From Actinomycetes bacterium (GTDB lineage Bacteria; Actinomycetota; Thermoleophilia; BMS3ABIN01): a DNA stretch of 64,000 nucleotides. The notes below the pieces were generated by a model. That model ran no database searches. It had not been told where the DNA came from and was given only the letters and a program-made list of their open reading frames with translations. Location of the stretch: the NCBI GenBank assembly GCA_021785935.1, contig JAJYOG010000001.1, positions 128,743 to 192,742 of the forward strand. The letters are read 5' to 3'. A program made the translations under genes and the position numbers. Shown here one piece after another: positions 36,428 to 45,873 of the stretch; within the stretch, counting starts at the first letter, position 1, and every line of letters begins with the position of its first letter.

Positions 36428-37350
36428 GTTGCCGGAGTAGTTGCCGGAACCGTGGTTGCCGCCGCCGGGGCGGCTGTCTGTTTAGGTGTCCGCAGTATGG
36501 GGATCAAAAGATCTGCGGTCGGCTTGACGCCAAAAGCGCCCTTCTCACCGGAGAGGACGAATACAACGGAGACCTGCCCGATACGGCTATCGAGATTGTC
36601 GATAGAGGAAACATCAACGCTCTGAAACAGGGGGATTTCCGAACGCGGCGCGTCTCTGGACTCGGCGCCCACGGCCATAACCCCGAGATCCTTGACGTTC
36701 AGCAGGAAGAATTTCTCCAGATCGGAATATGCCGGCGTCTGATCATCATTTGCCCGTGTAATGACCACAACCGCGTCTACGGGAATATCGTAACTTCCAT
36801 TAAGAGAATCGACCAGGACGCCCTGGAGGGAGTTAAGAAGCTTTACGCCTCCGCCTTTACTAATATCTTTGGCAAGCTGATGACCTACAAGCGATGTCAG
36901 TGAGGAATCATCGACGCCGGCAAACTGAGGATCACTTTTCAGGTCGGCCTTGACTTTGGCTGTAACCGCCGGCAGATCGAAACCAGGATTCAGCACGGTA
37001 GTACTTACAATCTGGCCCCCGGCGGCGTGGACCGCCGAGGTCAGCTGACGCTGAATGTCATCCCCCGCGGCAGCGGAAGCAATCAGCGCAATGCGCTTGC
37101 CCTGAATGCGGCCGCCCACGATGAATGGAAAAGAGTCGTCCTGAAATCTTATGTTTGTGGCCCGCTCACGGCCGAGATCGTTATTCTGTGCCCTGAGGTC
37201 ATCGACGTCACGCTGGATGTCGCTCACCAGCACATTACGGCCGGCCTCGACGGCACCGTTGTCGGAAAGGCTTATTCCTACAAGGACTCCCAGGCCGAGC
37301 GCCAGAAACACGGCGACGAGCGAGAGCAGATGATATCGCCAGGTCAGCAT
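36424..37350 (-). CDS. MctB-family 'copper transporter' envelope protein
   Basis: The N-terminus WRYHLLSLVAVFLALGLGVLVG plus a coiled DIQRDVDDLRAQNNDL resembles mycobacterial MctB (remembered alignment). Confidence 0.6.
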   Translation of the reverse strand: MLTWRYHLLSLVAVFLALGLGVLVGISLSDNGAVEAGRNVLVSDIQRDVDDLRAQNNDLGRERATNIRFQDDSFPFIVGGRIQGKRIALIASAAAGDDIQRQLTSAVHAAGGQIVSTTVLNPGFDLPAVTAKVKADLKSDPQFAGVDDSSLTSLVGHQLAKDISKGGGVKLLNSLQGVLVDSLNGSYDIPVDAVVVITRANDDQTPAYSDLEKFFLLNVKDLGVMAVGAESRDAPRSEIPLFQSVDVSSIDNLDSRIGQVSVVFVLSGEKGAFGVKPTADLLIPILRTPKQTAAPAAATTVPATTPAT

Positions 37351-37351
37351 C

Positions 37352-39118
37352 CTAGAAGTTTACCAGTAATTTCAGCTTGACTCCGATTAGGCCGGCGATT
37401 GACCGCAGTGGCGGGGAAGTCGAAATCACGACTGCCATCGGTATGGCGGCGGCAACCAGCAAAACCGCAATCTCCGCAACTAGCCTGCCTGGGGCCGGAT
37501 CGGTGATGTCCGCAGCCGCGGGTTTAGCGATGTTACCGGTTTCAGGGCCCTCGTCCAGAGTCCAGTCGACCAGGCGCTCCCATGCCCTGGGCCCTGCTTC
37601 CCGCGCTTTCAGGACCGCCAGCAGTATCAATGGCGGTCCGAAGACGATCATTACCCGCAATGGTTTCTGAATATCCATTGACATCGGGGCGTGCCACCAG
37701 AAGCTGTCAAAAAACATGACACTGAAAGAAAAGGCAATCGCCGCCACATACATGTAGCGCCAGGGCCTAAGCGCCACGAGGCCCAGCCCCATCGTCAGAT
37801 ACCAGGGTTGGAACCAAAATAGCGCCAGCGGCGTTATCAGCGCCAGCCCCGCCGAGGCCGAGATCAGACTGGTAAAATTTTTTACCCCAACCAGGTGCCA
37901 GATGAGATAAGCGACCAGGATCCCGGCCAGAGCCGCCTGGACTATCGTGTTGGAAAGCGAGAGCTGCAGATGGTCCGCAGCCGTGTCGCGAAGCAGCGCC
38001 GAAATGGTGAAGTTGGTTTTCTGTCCGACGGCCGTCAGGTATAAAAATGTCTCGCGCCCCGCCCAAAGAGGCACGTAACTGACAACCGTGAGGCAAACAG
38101 CCAGGACCAGCGATCCTGCGGCAAAGGCAATCCGATGAATGCGGTCCTTCTGTTTCCGCATCGCCAGGGCGATGTAAACGAGCATGATCGGCAAGGCTAT
38201 GAACTTGACCAGCGTCGCCGCGGTCAGGCAAAGGACACCGATCAGATACCGCCGGTCCAGGTAGCACAACAGACCGGCCAGAACCAGGGTGAGCATGAGG
38301 ATGTCGTTATGAGCGTTGGCCACCACCAGCGTCAGGACAAAAGGATTCCATCCATAAAACACAAGAGCTTTGCGTTCGAGCCCGGGTTTTATCCGCGAAG
38401 CGATTTTCCAGATAAACAGCAGATTGACCAGGTTCATACTGATGAAAAAACCTTTGAATAAAAGGAAATTGGCGCCGACGCCGTCTCCCGCGATTAGCGC
38501 CAGGGCCGCGGTAATATATACGTGCAACGAACCATAAACAGAGCCGGTGCCGACCCAGCCGCCCAGGGAGAAGAACGGATCCTGGGGGAAATAGGTAGCT
38601 GGAACAATCAGTGGATTCTCACCGTAAAACGCGAAGATGCGCCCATGGCGAATGTAGTCGAAGATGTCGGTTGAAAGCAGGAAGGGCGTAATGAACATGA
38701 GCACGTGAAAAAGGACGGCAAAACCAAAGATGATCCGATTGGTGCGGTTGCTCCAGATGCTCGGATGTGTGCTTTGCGCCGTTTCGTCATCGGCGCTCTC
38801 ATCAGGATCCGGTTCGCTACGACCGGCGCCTACCGCCCTGAGAGAAAACAGGTAGAGCCCAAAAAGCGTCAGGGCGTTCAGGCAGATGGCGGTATAAAGC
38901 AGATAATAAGAAGAGAGTTCAAAGCCGCTTTCGGGGAGCGCCAGATAGGGCGGAAAATGGCCGCGGTCAATATCGGGGATGAAAAACGCTACTGACGCGA
39001 AAAGCAGATAGCCGGCCAGGGAGATGGAACCCGCAATCACGAGGGCTGGCAGGGGATTGGATGTGCTTGCCTGCCAGAAGTCTTCGAGCTTCTGCTGGAA
39101 TTTAATTGGGTATTTCAC
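37352..39118 (-). CDS. large polytopic GT-C-type glycosyltransferase candidate (DUF2029/GT87, MptB/PimE-like)
   Basis: 588 aa with more than 12 hydrophobic helices. The first-loop motif STDIFDYIRHGRIFAFYGENPL resembles the D..Y...G.nPY loop of polyprenyl-phosphate-sugar transferases. Confidence 0.5.
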   Translation of the reverse strand: MKYPIKFQQKLEDFWQASTSNPLPALVIAGSISLAGYLLFASVAFFIPDIDRGHFPPYLALPESGFELSSYYLLYTAICLNALTLFGLYLFSLRAVGAGRSEPDPDESADDETAQSTHPSIWSNRTNRIIFGFAVLFHVLMFITPFLLSTDIFDYIRHGRIFAFYGENPLIVPATYFPQDPFFSLGGWVGTGSVYGSLHVYITAALALIAGDGVGANFLLFKGFFISMNLVNLLFIWKIASRIKPGLERKALVFYGWNPFVLTLVVANAHNDILMLTLVLAGLLCYLDRRYLIGVLCLTAATLVKFIALPIMLVYIALAMRKQKDRIHRIAFAAGSLVLAVCLTVVSYVPLWAGRETFLYLTAVGQKTNFTISALLRDTAADHLQLSLSNTIVQAALAGILVAYLIWHLVGVKNFTSLISASAGLALITPLALFWFQPWYLTMGLGLVALRPWRYMYVAAIAFSFSVMFFDSFWWHAPMSMDIQKPLRVMIVFGPPLILLAVLKAREAGPRAWERLVDWTLDEGPETGNIAKPAAADITDPAPGRLVAEIAVLLVAAAIPMAVVISTSPPLRSIAGLIGVKLKLLVNF

Positions 39119-39330
39119 GGGAAGGATTTTCTTTTTAACCGCAATATCCTATAGAAAGACAATGTAATGCTCAAGGCGGATGAGGAAGACGGACCGGAGA
39201 ATGCATCGCCGCGGCCTGGCGCCGCTCCGCCGGCTGCAATTTTGAACTCATCGGCGCGTCGTCTATACTTACGCACGTTGGCTGCCGATGAACTGCGTCA
39301 GCCGGTTCACGCATTGGGAGGACGGAAACG

Positions 39331-40728
39331 ATGACCAAGAGCAGCAAAACCGCGCGCAGCGCCGCCGAAAAAGGCGACGGTATCCGCATCTTCAGCGCCA
39401 CCTGGGTTCTTCCCATCGTTACCGGCCCTATCCACAAGGGCGCTGTTGCCGTCGAGGGCGATAAGATAAAGGCAATCGGTCCGGCCTCTGAAATTACTGC
39501 CGCTTATCCGGGCGCCGAAGTCACCGACTTCCACCACACGATCATCCTGCCTGGCTTCATCAACTGTCATAGCCACCTGGAATATGCCGTATTCAGGGGC
39601 TCGAATGACAATAAAAATTTTGGGCCCTGGATGCTCAACTTCCTCGACGACAAAGCGAAGCTCGGCCGCGGCGATTATGCCGCCAGCTCGCTGCTGGGAG
39701 CATCCGAATGCGTTACGTCGGGCATCACCACGGTTGGTGAATCGATGTACTCGGGCACGAGCCTTTCCGCGATCAACCAGGCCGGCCTCCGCGCCCGCGC
39801 CTACCAGGAGGTTTTCGGGCTCGACGATAACAAGATCAAGGAGACGATGGACCTGCTGCTGGACTCCCTTGAAGAGCTGGAGGAGCAAAAAGGCGATCTG
39901 GCCGAGATTGGTATTTTTCCCCACGCGACCTACACAGTCAGCGCCAATCTCTACCGGGTCCTCGCCGATCTTGCCCGCGAGCGCGGCATGAAGCTGGCGA
40001 CGCACCTGGCGGAGAGCAAGGCCGAGTCTGTCTACATTCGCTCTGGTTCGGGAATTCTGGCGCTTGATTTCCGGGAGAAGGTGGGCTGGGATTATTTAAG
40101 CCGCGAGCCTTTCGGAGTCACCCCTGTCAAATATCTGCAGCAATGGAACGTCTTCGGTCCCGATTTCATGGCTGTGCACTGCGTTCACGTGAGCCCCGCC
40201 GATATCGAGGCGCTGGCGAAGCGAGATGTCGCCATCGCGCACTGCCCCAAAAGCAATGCCAAGCTGGGTTGCGGCATAGCGCCACTGCCGGCCCTTCTTA
40301 ACGCTGGCATCCGCGTCGGTTTTGGTACCGACAGTCCGGCAAGCAGCAACATCATGGACATGTTCGGAGAAATGCGTACTGCCATCTTTCTTCATCGCGG
40401 TGTCGCGCGTGACGTCAGCGTTCTGGGTGCGCGGGAGTGCGTGCAAATGGCCACTCTGGGCGGAGCCCGCGCCATGGGCATGGAAGACCGGATCGGTTCG
40501 CTTGAGCCCGGCAAGCAGGCGGACATAATTGCCGTAGACATGGAGTACAGCCACTTCACGCCTATCCACGATCCTTACTCGGCTCTGGTCTACGGAGCCA
40601 ATCAGGAGGATGTCTTCTTCACCATGGTGGCCGGCCGGCCTCTCTACACGAGGAAAGTTTTGCTGACCCTCGACGACGAGCAAATTGCCTCGGATGCGCG
40701 CGAGGTCAAGGAGAAGCTCTGGCGTTAA
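39331..40728 (+). CDS. amidohydrolase-superfamily nucleoside/nucleobase deaminase (MtaD/SsnA-like)
   Basis: GFINCHSHLE (HxH metal site), HLAES, AVHCVH, GFGTDS. Confidence 0.75.
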   Translation: MTKSSKTARSAAEKGDGIRIFSATWVLPIVTGPIHKGAVAVEGDKIKAIGPASEITAAYPGAEVTDFHHTIILPGFINCHSHLEYAVFRGSNDNKNFGPWMLNFLDDKAKLGRGDYAASSLLGASECVTSGITTVGESMYSGTSLSAINQAGLRARAYQEVFGLDDNKIKETMDLLLDSLEELEEQKGDLAEIGIFPHATYTVSANLYRVLADLARERGMKLATHLAESKAESVYIRSGSGILALDFREKVGWDYLSREPFGVTPVKYLQQWNVFGPDFMAVHCVHVSPADIEALAKRDVAIAHCPKSNAKLGCGIAPLPALLNAGIRVGFGTDSPASSNIMDMFGEMRTAIFLHRGVARDVSVLGARECVQMATLGGARAMGMEDRIGSLEPGKQADIIAVDMEYSHFTPIHDPYSALVYGANQEDVFFTMVAGRPLYTRKVLLTLDDEQIASDAREVKEKLWR

Positions 40729-40915
40729 GCAGGCGTGAGAGGGGACCAAAAGGGAGGGTTATTTCCTTTTTGGTTATATATAACGTATAATTCATCAAGT
40801 ATATCCACGGAAGACTCGGTTGTCCCCGTTCCTTTTCTAAACCCATTAAGGATCAACTGCGTCTGCTACATGCAGTGCGATCCCCATACGGGCGCACAGA
40901 AAAGGAGCATTAATT

Positions 40916-42160
40916 TTGTTTGAAAATCTAGGTTTGGACGAGCGCCTGCTTAAGGGCGTAGTTGCAATGGGCTATAAAGAGCCCACCCCCATCCAGGAAA
41001 AAGCAATTCCAGTGGCTCTTGAGGGCAAGGATATTGTCGGTTGCGCCCAGACGGGCACCGGCAAGACCGCTGCTTTCATCCTGCCGCTATTGCAGCGGAT
41101 GGGAACGCGGCGCGGCATCAAGGCGCTGGTGGTTACTCCGACCCGCGAACTGGCCGGGCAGATTCAGGAGGTCGCACGTGACTGCACCCGTTTCACGGGA
41201 CACAAAGTCGCCGCGGTCTACGGCGGTGTTGGTTACAAGCCGCAAAAGGACAAGCTTAAGCGCGGCGTTGACCTGCTGGTAGCCACTCCAGGCCGGCTGC
41301 TTGATCTCCAGGGCCGCGGTGATGTCTATCTGGGCAATGTCGAGGTTCTGGTTCTTGATGAAGCAGACCGCATGCTGGATATGGGCTTCTGGCCGGACGT
41401 AAAGCGCATCATCAATCTGTGTCCCGAGAAACGGCAGAATCTGCTCTTCTCGGCGACCATGTCTCACCAGGTTCTGGGCGTGGTCGGCTCCACACTCAAC
41501 AATCCCGTCCGCATCGACGTTGCGCCCAGCGCAACCCCGATCGAGGCAATCGAACAGTCGGTCTATCCCGTTGGCAGCACCCAGAAGGGCGACCTTCTGG
41601 TTAAGCTGCTTGAGGAGCGCGACCTTGACCGTGTGCTGGTCTTTACCCGCACCAAGCATCGCGCCGACCGTGTCTGCCGCACGCTTTCCCGCAAGGGTAT
41701 CAAGGGCGTGGCGATTCATTCCAATCGCAGCCAGACCCAGCGCCAGCAGGCGCTCGACGGCTTTAAAAGCGGCAAGTACCGCGTTCTGGTGGCAACCGAC
41801 ATTGTTGCCCGCGGTATCGATGTGGACAATATCTCACATGTAATCAACTTCGATCTGCCGAACAAGGCCGAGGACTACGTGCATCGCATCGGCAGGACAG
41901 CCCGCGCCGGCAACGATGGAACGGCACTTAGCTTTCTATCATCTGAAGAGACTTCAGCCCTGCGTGAGATCGAGGGCTTGATAGGCACGACGCTGCCTTG
42001 CGAAGACGTTGAGGGCTTTGACTATGATTACAGAGTAGTGCCCAGCCCAGACCGGGAGGCAAGGAAAGTTCGCAAACTGGTCTATAATGGCGGCGCTCTC
42101 TCCGGCAAACGCAGGCGCGGACGCAGGCGTCCGGGCCGCAGCATGGCGGGTGCGCGTTAA
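40916..42160 (+). CDS. DEAD-box ATP-dependent RNA helicase (RhlE-like)
   Basis: AQTGTGKT, PTRELA, DEAD, SAT, HRIGRTARAG, and a basic C-terminal tail. TTG start. Confidence 0.9.
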   Translation: MFENLGLDERLLKGVVAMGYKEPTPIQEKAIPVALEGKDIVGCAQTGTGKTAAFILPLLQRMGTRRGIKALVVTPTRELAGQIQEVARDCTRFTGHKVAAVYGGVGYKPQKDKLKRGVDLLVATPGRLLDLQGRGDVYLGNVEVLVLDEADRMLDMGFWPDVKRIINLCPEKRQNLLFSATMSHQVLGVVGSTLNNPVRIDVAPSATPIEAIEQSVYPVGSTQKGDLLVKLLEERDLDRVLVFTRTKHRADRVCRTLSRKGIKGVAIHSNRSQTQRQQALDGFKSGKYRVLVATDIVARGIDVDNISHVINFDLPNKAEDYVHRIGRTARAGNDGTALSFLSSEETSALREIEGLIGTTLPCEDVEGFDYDYRVVPSPDREARKVRKLVYNGGALSGKRRRGRRRPGRSMAGAR

Positions 42161-42273
42161 ATAATCGAGCTTTGCCGGCGCCGCTGGATGTTACTCAATC
42201 CGGCGGCGCCGAACTGCTTTTTGAAGGTATCCGTTTTGGTTCGGTTGGTCTATAATGTTCGAGGTTTAAATCT

Positions 42274-42948
42274 ATGCTTCTAGACAGGAAAAGAATCAAC
42301 CGCTGGACGCGCTGGGTCGCCATTGTCATGGCGGTCACGTTTGCGCTGGGCACGGTATTCCTCGGCGTTGGCTCCAAGACCGGCAATATTTTCGCCGGCT
42401 GCTCCAAGAGCAGTCCGTCCTCGATCTCATCCTCCTCCTCGGTCGAGGAGCGGGAACAGTATTATCTGGACCAGATCAACCAGAATCCGCAGGATAACAT
42501 CAGCATGCTGGCGCTTGCGAATTTGTATGCAGACGATACCGTCGCCCGCTATGATGACGCCATTACCTGGTTCAACAAGTACCTCGAGCTGGATCCCAAG
42601 AATGTCGACATCCGGCTGCGGATAGCCAGCCTCGACATAAACAAGACACAGAACTTCGATGCCGCGGTGAAAACACTTACCGAAGTGACGGCAATGGCTC
42701 CCGACAATGCCATGGCCTTCCTGCTCCTGGGGCAGGCGGCCAAGTCCGCCGGGCAGAACCAGACAGCGATACTTGCCTGGAACCGTTACCTGGAGCTGGC
42801 GCCGACTAGCGAGTATGCCTCGCTCATCAAGGATGAGATCTCCAAGCTGACAGCACTGCCGCCCGTGTCGCCGCCGCAGACGACGACCGTGCCGGGCAGT
42901 CCCGGGACCTCCCTGCCGGTGACGCCGGCTCCGGCTCCCACCCCATAA
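42274..42948 (+). CDS. membrane-anchored TPR-repeat protein
   Basis: N-terminal TM (WVAIVMAVTFALGTVFLGV), TPR-like repeats (LANLYADD...AITWFNKYLELDP; AILAWNRYLELAP), proline-rich tail. Confidence 0.65.
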   Translation: MLLDRKRINRWTRWVAIVMAVTFALGTVFLGVGSKTGNIFAGCSKSSPSSISSSSSVEEREQYYLDQINQNPQDNISMLALANLYADDTVARYDDAITWFNKYLELDPKNVDIRLRIASLDINKTQNFDAAVKTLTEVTAMAPDNAMAFLLLGQAAKSAGQNQTAILAWNRYLELAPTSEYASLIKDEISKLTALPPVSPPQTTTVPGSPGTSLPVTPAPAPTP

Positions 42949-43144
42949 TTCCCACAACCTGGGCATTTCCGAATTCATTCAGGCGTTGCCGCAGGCGCGC
43001 GCTTTGCGACCAAGGTTTAACAGATGAATGGGTGGGATATTAGTACCGCCATCGACAATCCGTTCCCATTTGTGCTATAAACCATCCTTGTTCATGGTCG
43101 ATAGAAGGACAGTTTTTGGGGTGGCCACTACTTAAGGTGCTGAA

Positions 43145-45217
43145 TTGAAACTTATCGTTACGGAAAAAGACACAGCGGCAAAAAAGATCGCCGGCATTTT
43201 GAGTGGCGGCAAAGCCAAGGCTGGCTCCTACTACAAGATCCCAATCTATTCATTCACGGCCGATTCAGAGAATTTTACCTGCATTGGTTTGAAGGGGCAT
43301 ATCGTGCAGCTGGAATATCCACCTGAATATTCCGACTGGCGCAAGGTTGAGCCCCGGGAGCTGATCGATGCCGATCTGCACAAGTCTCCCTCAGCCAAGG
43401 CAGTCGTCAATGCGCTCAAAAAGACCGCGAAGGAAGCTGACAGCGTTATCATCGCCACTGACTTCGACCGCGAAGGCGAACTGATCGGCCTGGAGGCGCT
43501 GGAACAGGCGGTAGAGGCCAATCCGAAGCTGTCCCAAGGCGTGAGGCGGGCACGGTATTCCGCCCTGACGGCGGAAGAGATTAACAAGGCTTTTACGGAA
43601 ACAACCGAGCTTTCCATACCCCTGGCACAGGCCGGCGAAGCCCGGCAGGACATCGATCTTATCTGGGGGGCGACGCTCACGCGTTTTATCTCACTGGCGA
43701 CTTCACGGCTGGGGAACCAGTTCCTCTCGGTGGGAAGGGTGCAGAGCCCGACTCTGGCGCTGATCGTGGCGCGCGAGCTGGAGCGGCGCGCTTTTGTGCC
43801 GGTTCCTTACTGGCAGGTTTATGCCGAACTGAATTCATCGCAGGGTGATTTTACCGCCCAGCACAAGACCGACCGTTTTCTGGATCAATCAGAGGCTGAA
43901 GCGGCGCTCGCTAACGCTCGCGCCGCCGCTACCGGCAAGGTCACGACGGTCAAGTCGACGCAGAAGAAAATGCAGCCGCCGCCGCCCTTCAACACCACCG
44001 CCTATACCAAGGCGGCCACGGCGCTCGGGTATTCGGCCGCACGCGCCATCCGCCTGGCGGAGGACCTCTACCTTGGCGGTTTCATCAGCTATCCGAGAAC
44101 CGATAATACGGTTTATCCCGCTTCCCTGGATCTGCGTGAAATCCTGGGCGAGCTGGCGAAAAGCCCGGAGCTGGGAGATGCGGCCCGCGAGCTTATGGCG
44201 CGCGAGACGCTTACGCCAGCGAGGGGCAAGAAACAGACTACCGACCATCCCCCGATCTATCCCGTGGGCGTGCCCGGGCCTGGAGACAAGCTTGATGACG
44301 CCCACTGGAAGGTCTGGTTCCTGGTGGCGCGCCGGTTTCTCGCCACCCTTGGGGAAGAAGCGGTTTCCGAGAGCAACCGCGTGGACCTGGACATCGGCGG
44401 CGAGCCGTTCGCGGTCAGAGGATCGAGAATCGTCAAGGAAGGCTGGCTGGCCGTCTATCCTTATTCCCGCAGCAAGGATGAAGAAGTGCCGCGCCTGGAA
44501 GAGGGCGAAGAGGTTCAGGTCGCCAAGGTCTTTGACGAGCAGAAGGAAACGCAGCCGCCGACCCGCTACGGCCAGGGCCGCCTGATCGAGCTGATGGAGC
44601 AGAACGGACTCGGCACCAAGGCAACGCGCCACAGCATTATCCAGAATCTTTACGACCGGGGCTACATCAAGAACACCCCGGTCGAACCTACCGAAACCGG
44701 CATCGCCATGGTCGAGGCGCTAAACACCTACGCCGACCGCATCACTAAACCGCAAATGACCGCGGAGCTGGAAGACGAAATGAACGCCATCGCCGAGGAG
44801 GCGATGACCAAAGACGATGTCGTCAAGCGCTCGCGCGAGCTGCTGCATCTGGCCTATACGTCCCTGGAGGAAAACAAGGAGGCGCTGGCCGGGGTTATCG
44901 TCAAGGGCATCCAGGAAGACAAGGTGGTTGGCGAGTGCCCCAAATGTGGCAAGCAGCTCCGGGTAATCCGTTCGAAGAAATCAAAGAAACGTTTCGTCGG
45001 CTGCGAGGGCTACCCCGACTGTGACAGCACCTATCCGCTGCCGCAGATGGGAAGGCTGCTGCCGATGCACACGGTATGCCCGTCCTGCGGATCCCCCAAG
45101 GTCAAGATCTTTACCCCCCGGCGCCGGCCATGGGAACTGTGCCTGGATCCCAACTGCCCGACCAAAGAGGAATATAATAAGAAGCGGGCCGCCAAGAAGG
45201 CGGAAAAAGCTTCGTAG
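43145..45217 (+). CDS. topA: type IA DNA topoisomerase with archaeal-style N-terminus
   Basis: TOPRIM KLIVTEKDTAAKKIAGILS and TDFDREGELIG, active-site GFISYPRTDN. Two C-terminal zinc ribbons (CPKCGKQL...CEGYPDC; CPSCGS...CLDPNC). Confidence 0.9.
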   Translation: MKLIVTEKDTAAKKIAGILSGGKAKAGSYYKIPIYSFTADSENFTCIGLKGHIVQLEYPPEYSDWRKVEPRELIDADLHKSPSAKAVVNALKKTAKEADSVIIATDFDREGELIGLEALEQAVEANPKLSQGVRRARYSALTAEEINKAFTETTELSIPLAQAGEARQDIDLIWGATLTRFISLATSRLGNQFLSVGRVQSPTLALIVARELERRAFVPVPYWQVYAELNSSQGDFTAQHKTDRFLDQSEAEAALANARAAATGKVTTVKSTQKKMQPPPPFNTTAYTKAATALGYSAARAIRLAEDLYLGGFISYPRTDNTVYPASLDLREILGELAKSPELGDAARELMARETLTPARGKKQTTDHPPIYPVGVPGPGDKLDDAHWKVWFLVARRFLATLGEEAVSESNRVDLDIGGEPFAVRGSRIVKEGWLAVYPYSRSKDEEVPRLEEGEEVQVAKVFDEQKETQPPTRYGQGRLIELMEQNGLGTKATRHSIIQNLYDRGYIKNTPVEPTETGIAMVEALNTYADRITKPQMTAELEDEMNAIAEEAMTKDDVVKRSRELLHLAYTSLEENKEALAGVIVKGIQEDKVVGECPKCGKQLRVIRSKKSKKRFVGCEGYPDCDSTYPLPQMGRLLPMHTVCPSCGSPKVKIFTPRRRPWELCLDPNCPTKEEYNKKRAAKKAEKAS

Positions 45218-45246
45218 GACAGATTTCGGGCACCAGCGGGAGAGGC

Positions 45247-45873
45247 ATGTACTTCATCACCTTTGAAGGAATCGATCAGAGTGGCAAATCCACTCAGCTT
45301 AAACTGCTGGATCAGGCCATGGAGGCTGCGGGCGTGCCCGTGCTGTCTGTCAGGGAGCCCGGCGGCACCGAGATCGGCGAGAAGATCCGTGAACTGCTGC
45401 TGGGGGTGGAGCACGATCGCATGGATGCCTGGACCGAAGCGCTTCTCTATGCCGCTGCCCGCGTGCAGCTGGTGAAGGAAGTCATCAAGCCGGCGCTCAT
45501 GGAAGGAAAAATAGTTCTCTCCGATCGCTTTATCGACTCCTCGCTGGTCTATCAGGGCATGGCCAGGGATCTGGGAGTCGATCGCATACTCGATCTCAAT
45601 CTTGGCGCCACCGGCGGGCTGATGCCGGACCTCACTTTTGTTTTTCATCTGGATCTGACCCTGTCGCGTGAACGGCTTGCGGGCAGAGGCACTGCCGAGG
45701 ACCGTATCGAGGGGGAGCCGCTGGCTTTCCACCAGAAGGTGGAGGAGGGATATCGCCGGTTGCAGGAGATGTATCCCGGGCGGATAGTTGGCATAGACGG
45801 GGGTGGCTCCGTGGACGAGATCCACCAACAGGTGGTTGCGGGCTGCCGCGAGCGCCTTGGACTGGAGCTGTGA
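45247..45873 (+). CDS. tmk: dTMP (thymidylate) kinase
   Basis: FITFEGIDQSGKSTQ P-loop and DRFIDSSLVYQG. Confidence 0.9.
   Translation: MYFITFEGIDQSGKSTQLKLLDQAMEAAGVPVLSVREPGGTEIGEKIRELLLGVEHDRMDAWTEALLYAAARVQLVKEVIKPALMEGKIVLSDRFIDSSLVYQGMARDLGVDRILDLNLGATGGLMPDLTFVFHLDLTLSRERLAGRGTAEDRIEGEPLAFHQKVEEGYRRLQEMYPGRIVGIDGGGSVDEIHQQVVAGCRERLGLEL

Noticed and set aside
35645-36625. 326-aa ORF on the plus strand
   Set aside because: It is antisense to the NodB deacetylase and the MctB-like gene, both of which carry recognisable motifs. Low-complexity Arg/Gly-rich translation.
39307-40749. 232-aa and 217-aa minus-strand ORFs
   Set aside because: They are antisense to the amidohydrolase gene (HxH, HLAES, GTDS motifs present on the plus strand).
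40729-40915. AT-rich region with the palindrome ttatatataa and TATAAT upstream of the helicase, considered as a specific regulatory RNA
   Set aside because: It is plausibly just a promoter plus a long 5' UTR, which is common for cold-inducible DEAD-box helicases. No defined structure or known motif could be supported by eye.
42177-42215. Hairpin after the DEAD-box helicase gene, considered as a terminator
   Set aside because: The 7-bp GC stem (ggcgccg/cggcgcc) has a roughly 20-nt loop and only a weak downstream T run. It is not convincing as an intrinsic terminator.
43845-45828. Several 245-265-aa alternate-frame and antisense ORFs over topA/tmk (43845-44585 +, 43889-44632 -, 45031-45828 -)
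   Set aside because: They overlap strongly supported genes. Their translations are Arg/Pro/Ser-rich with no domain signatures.
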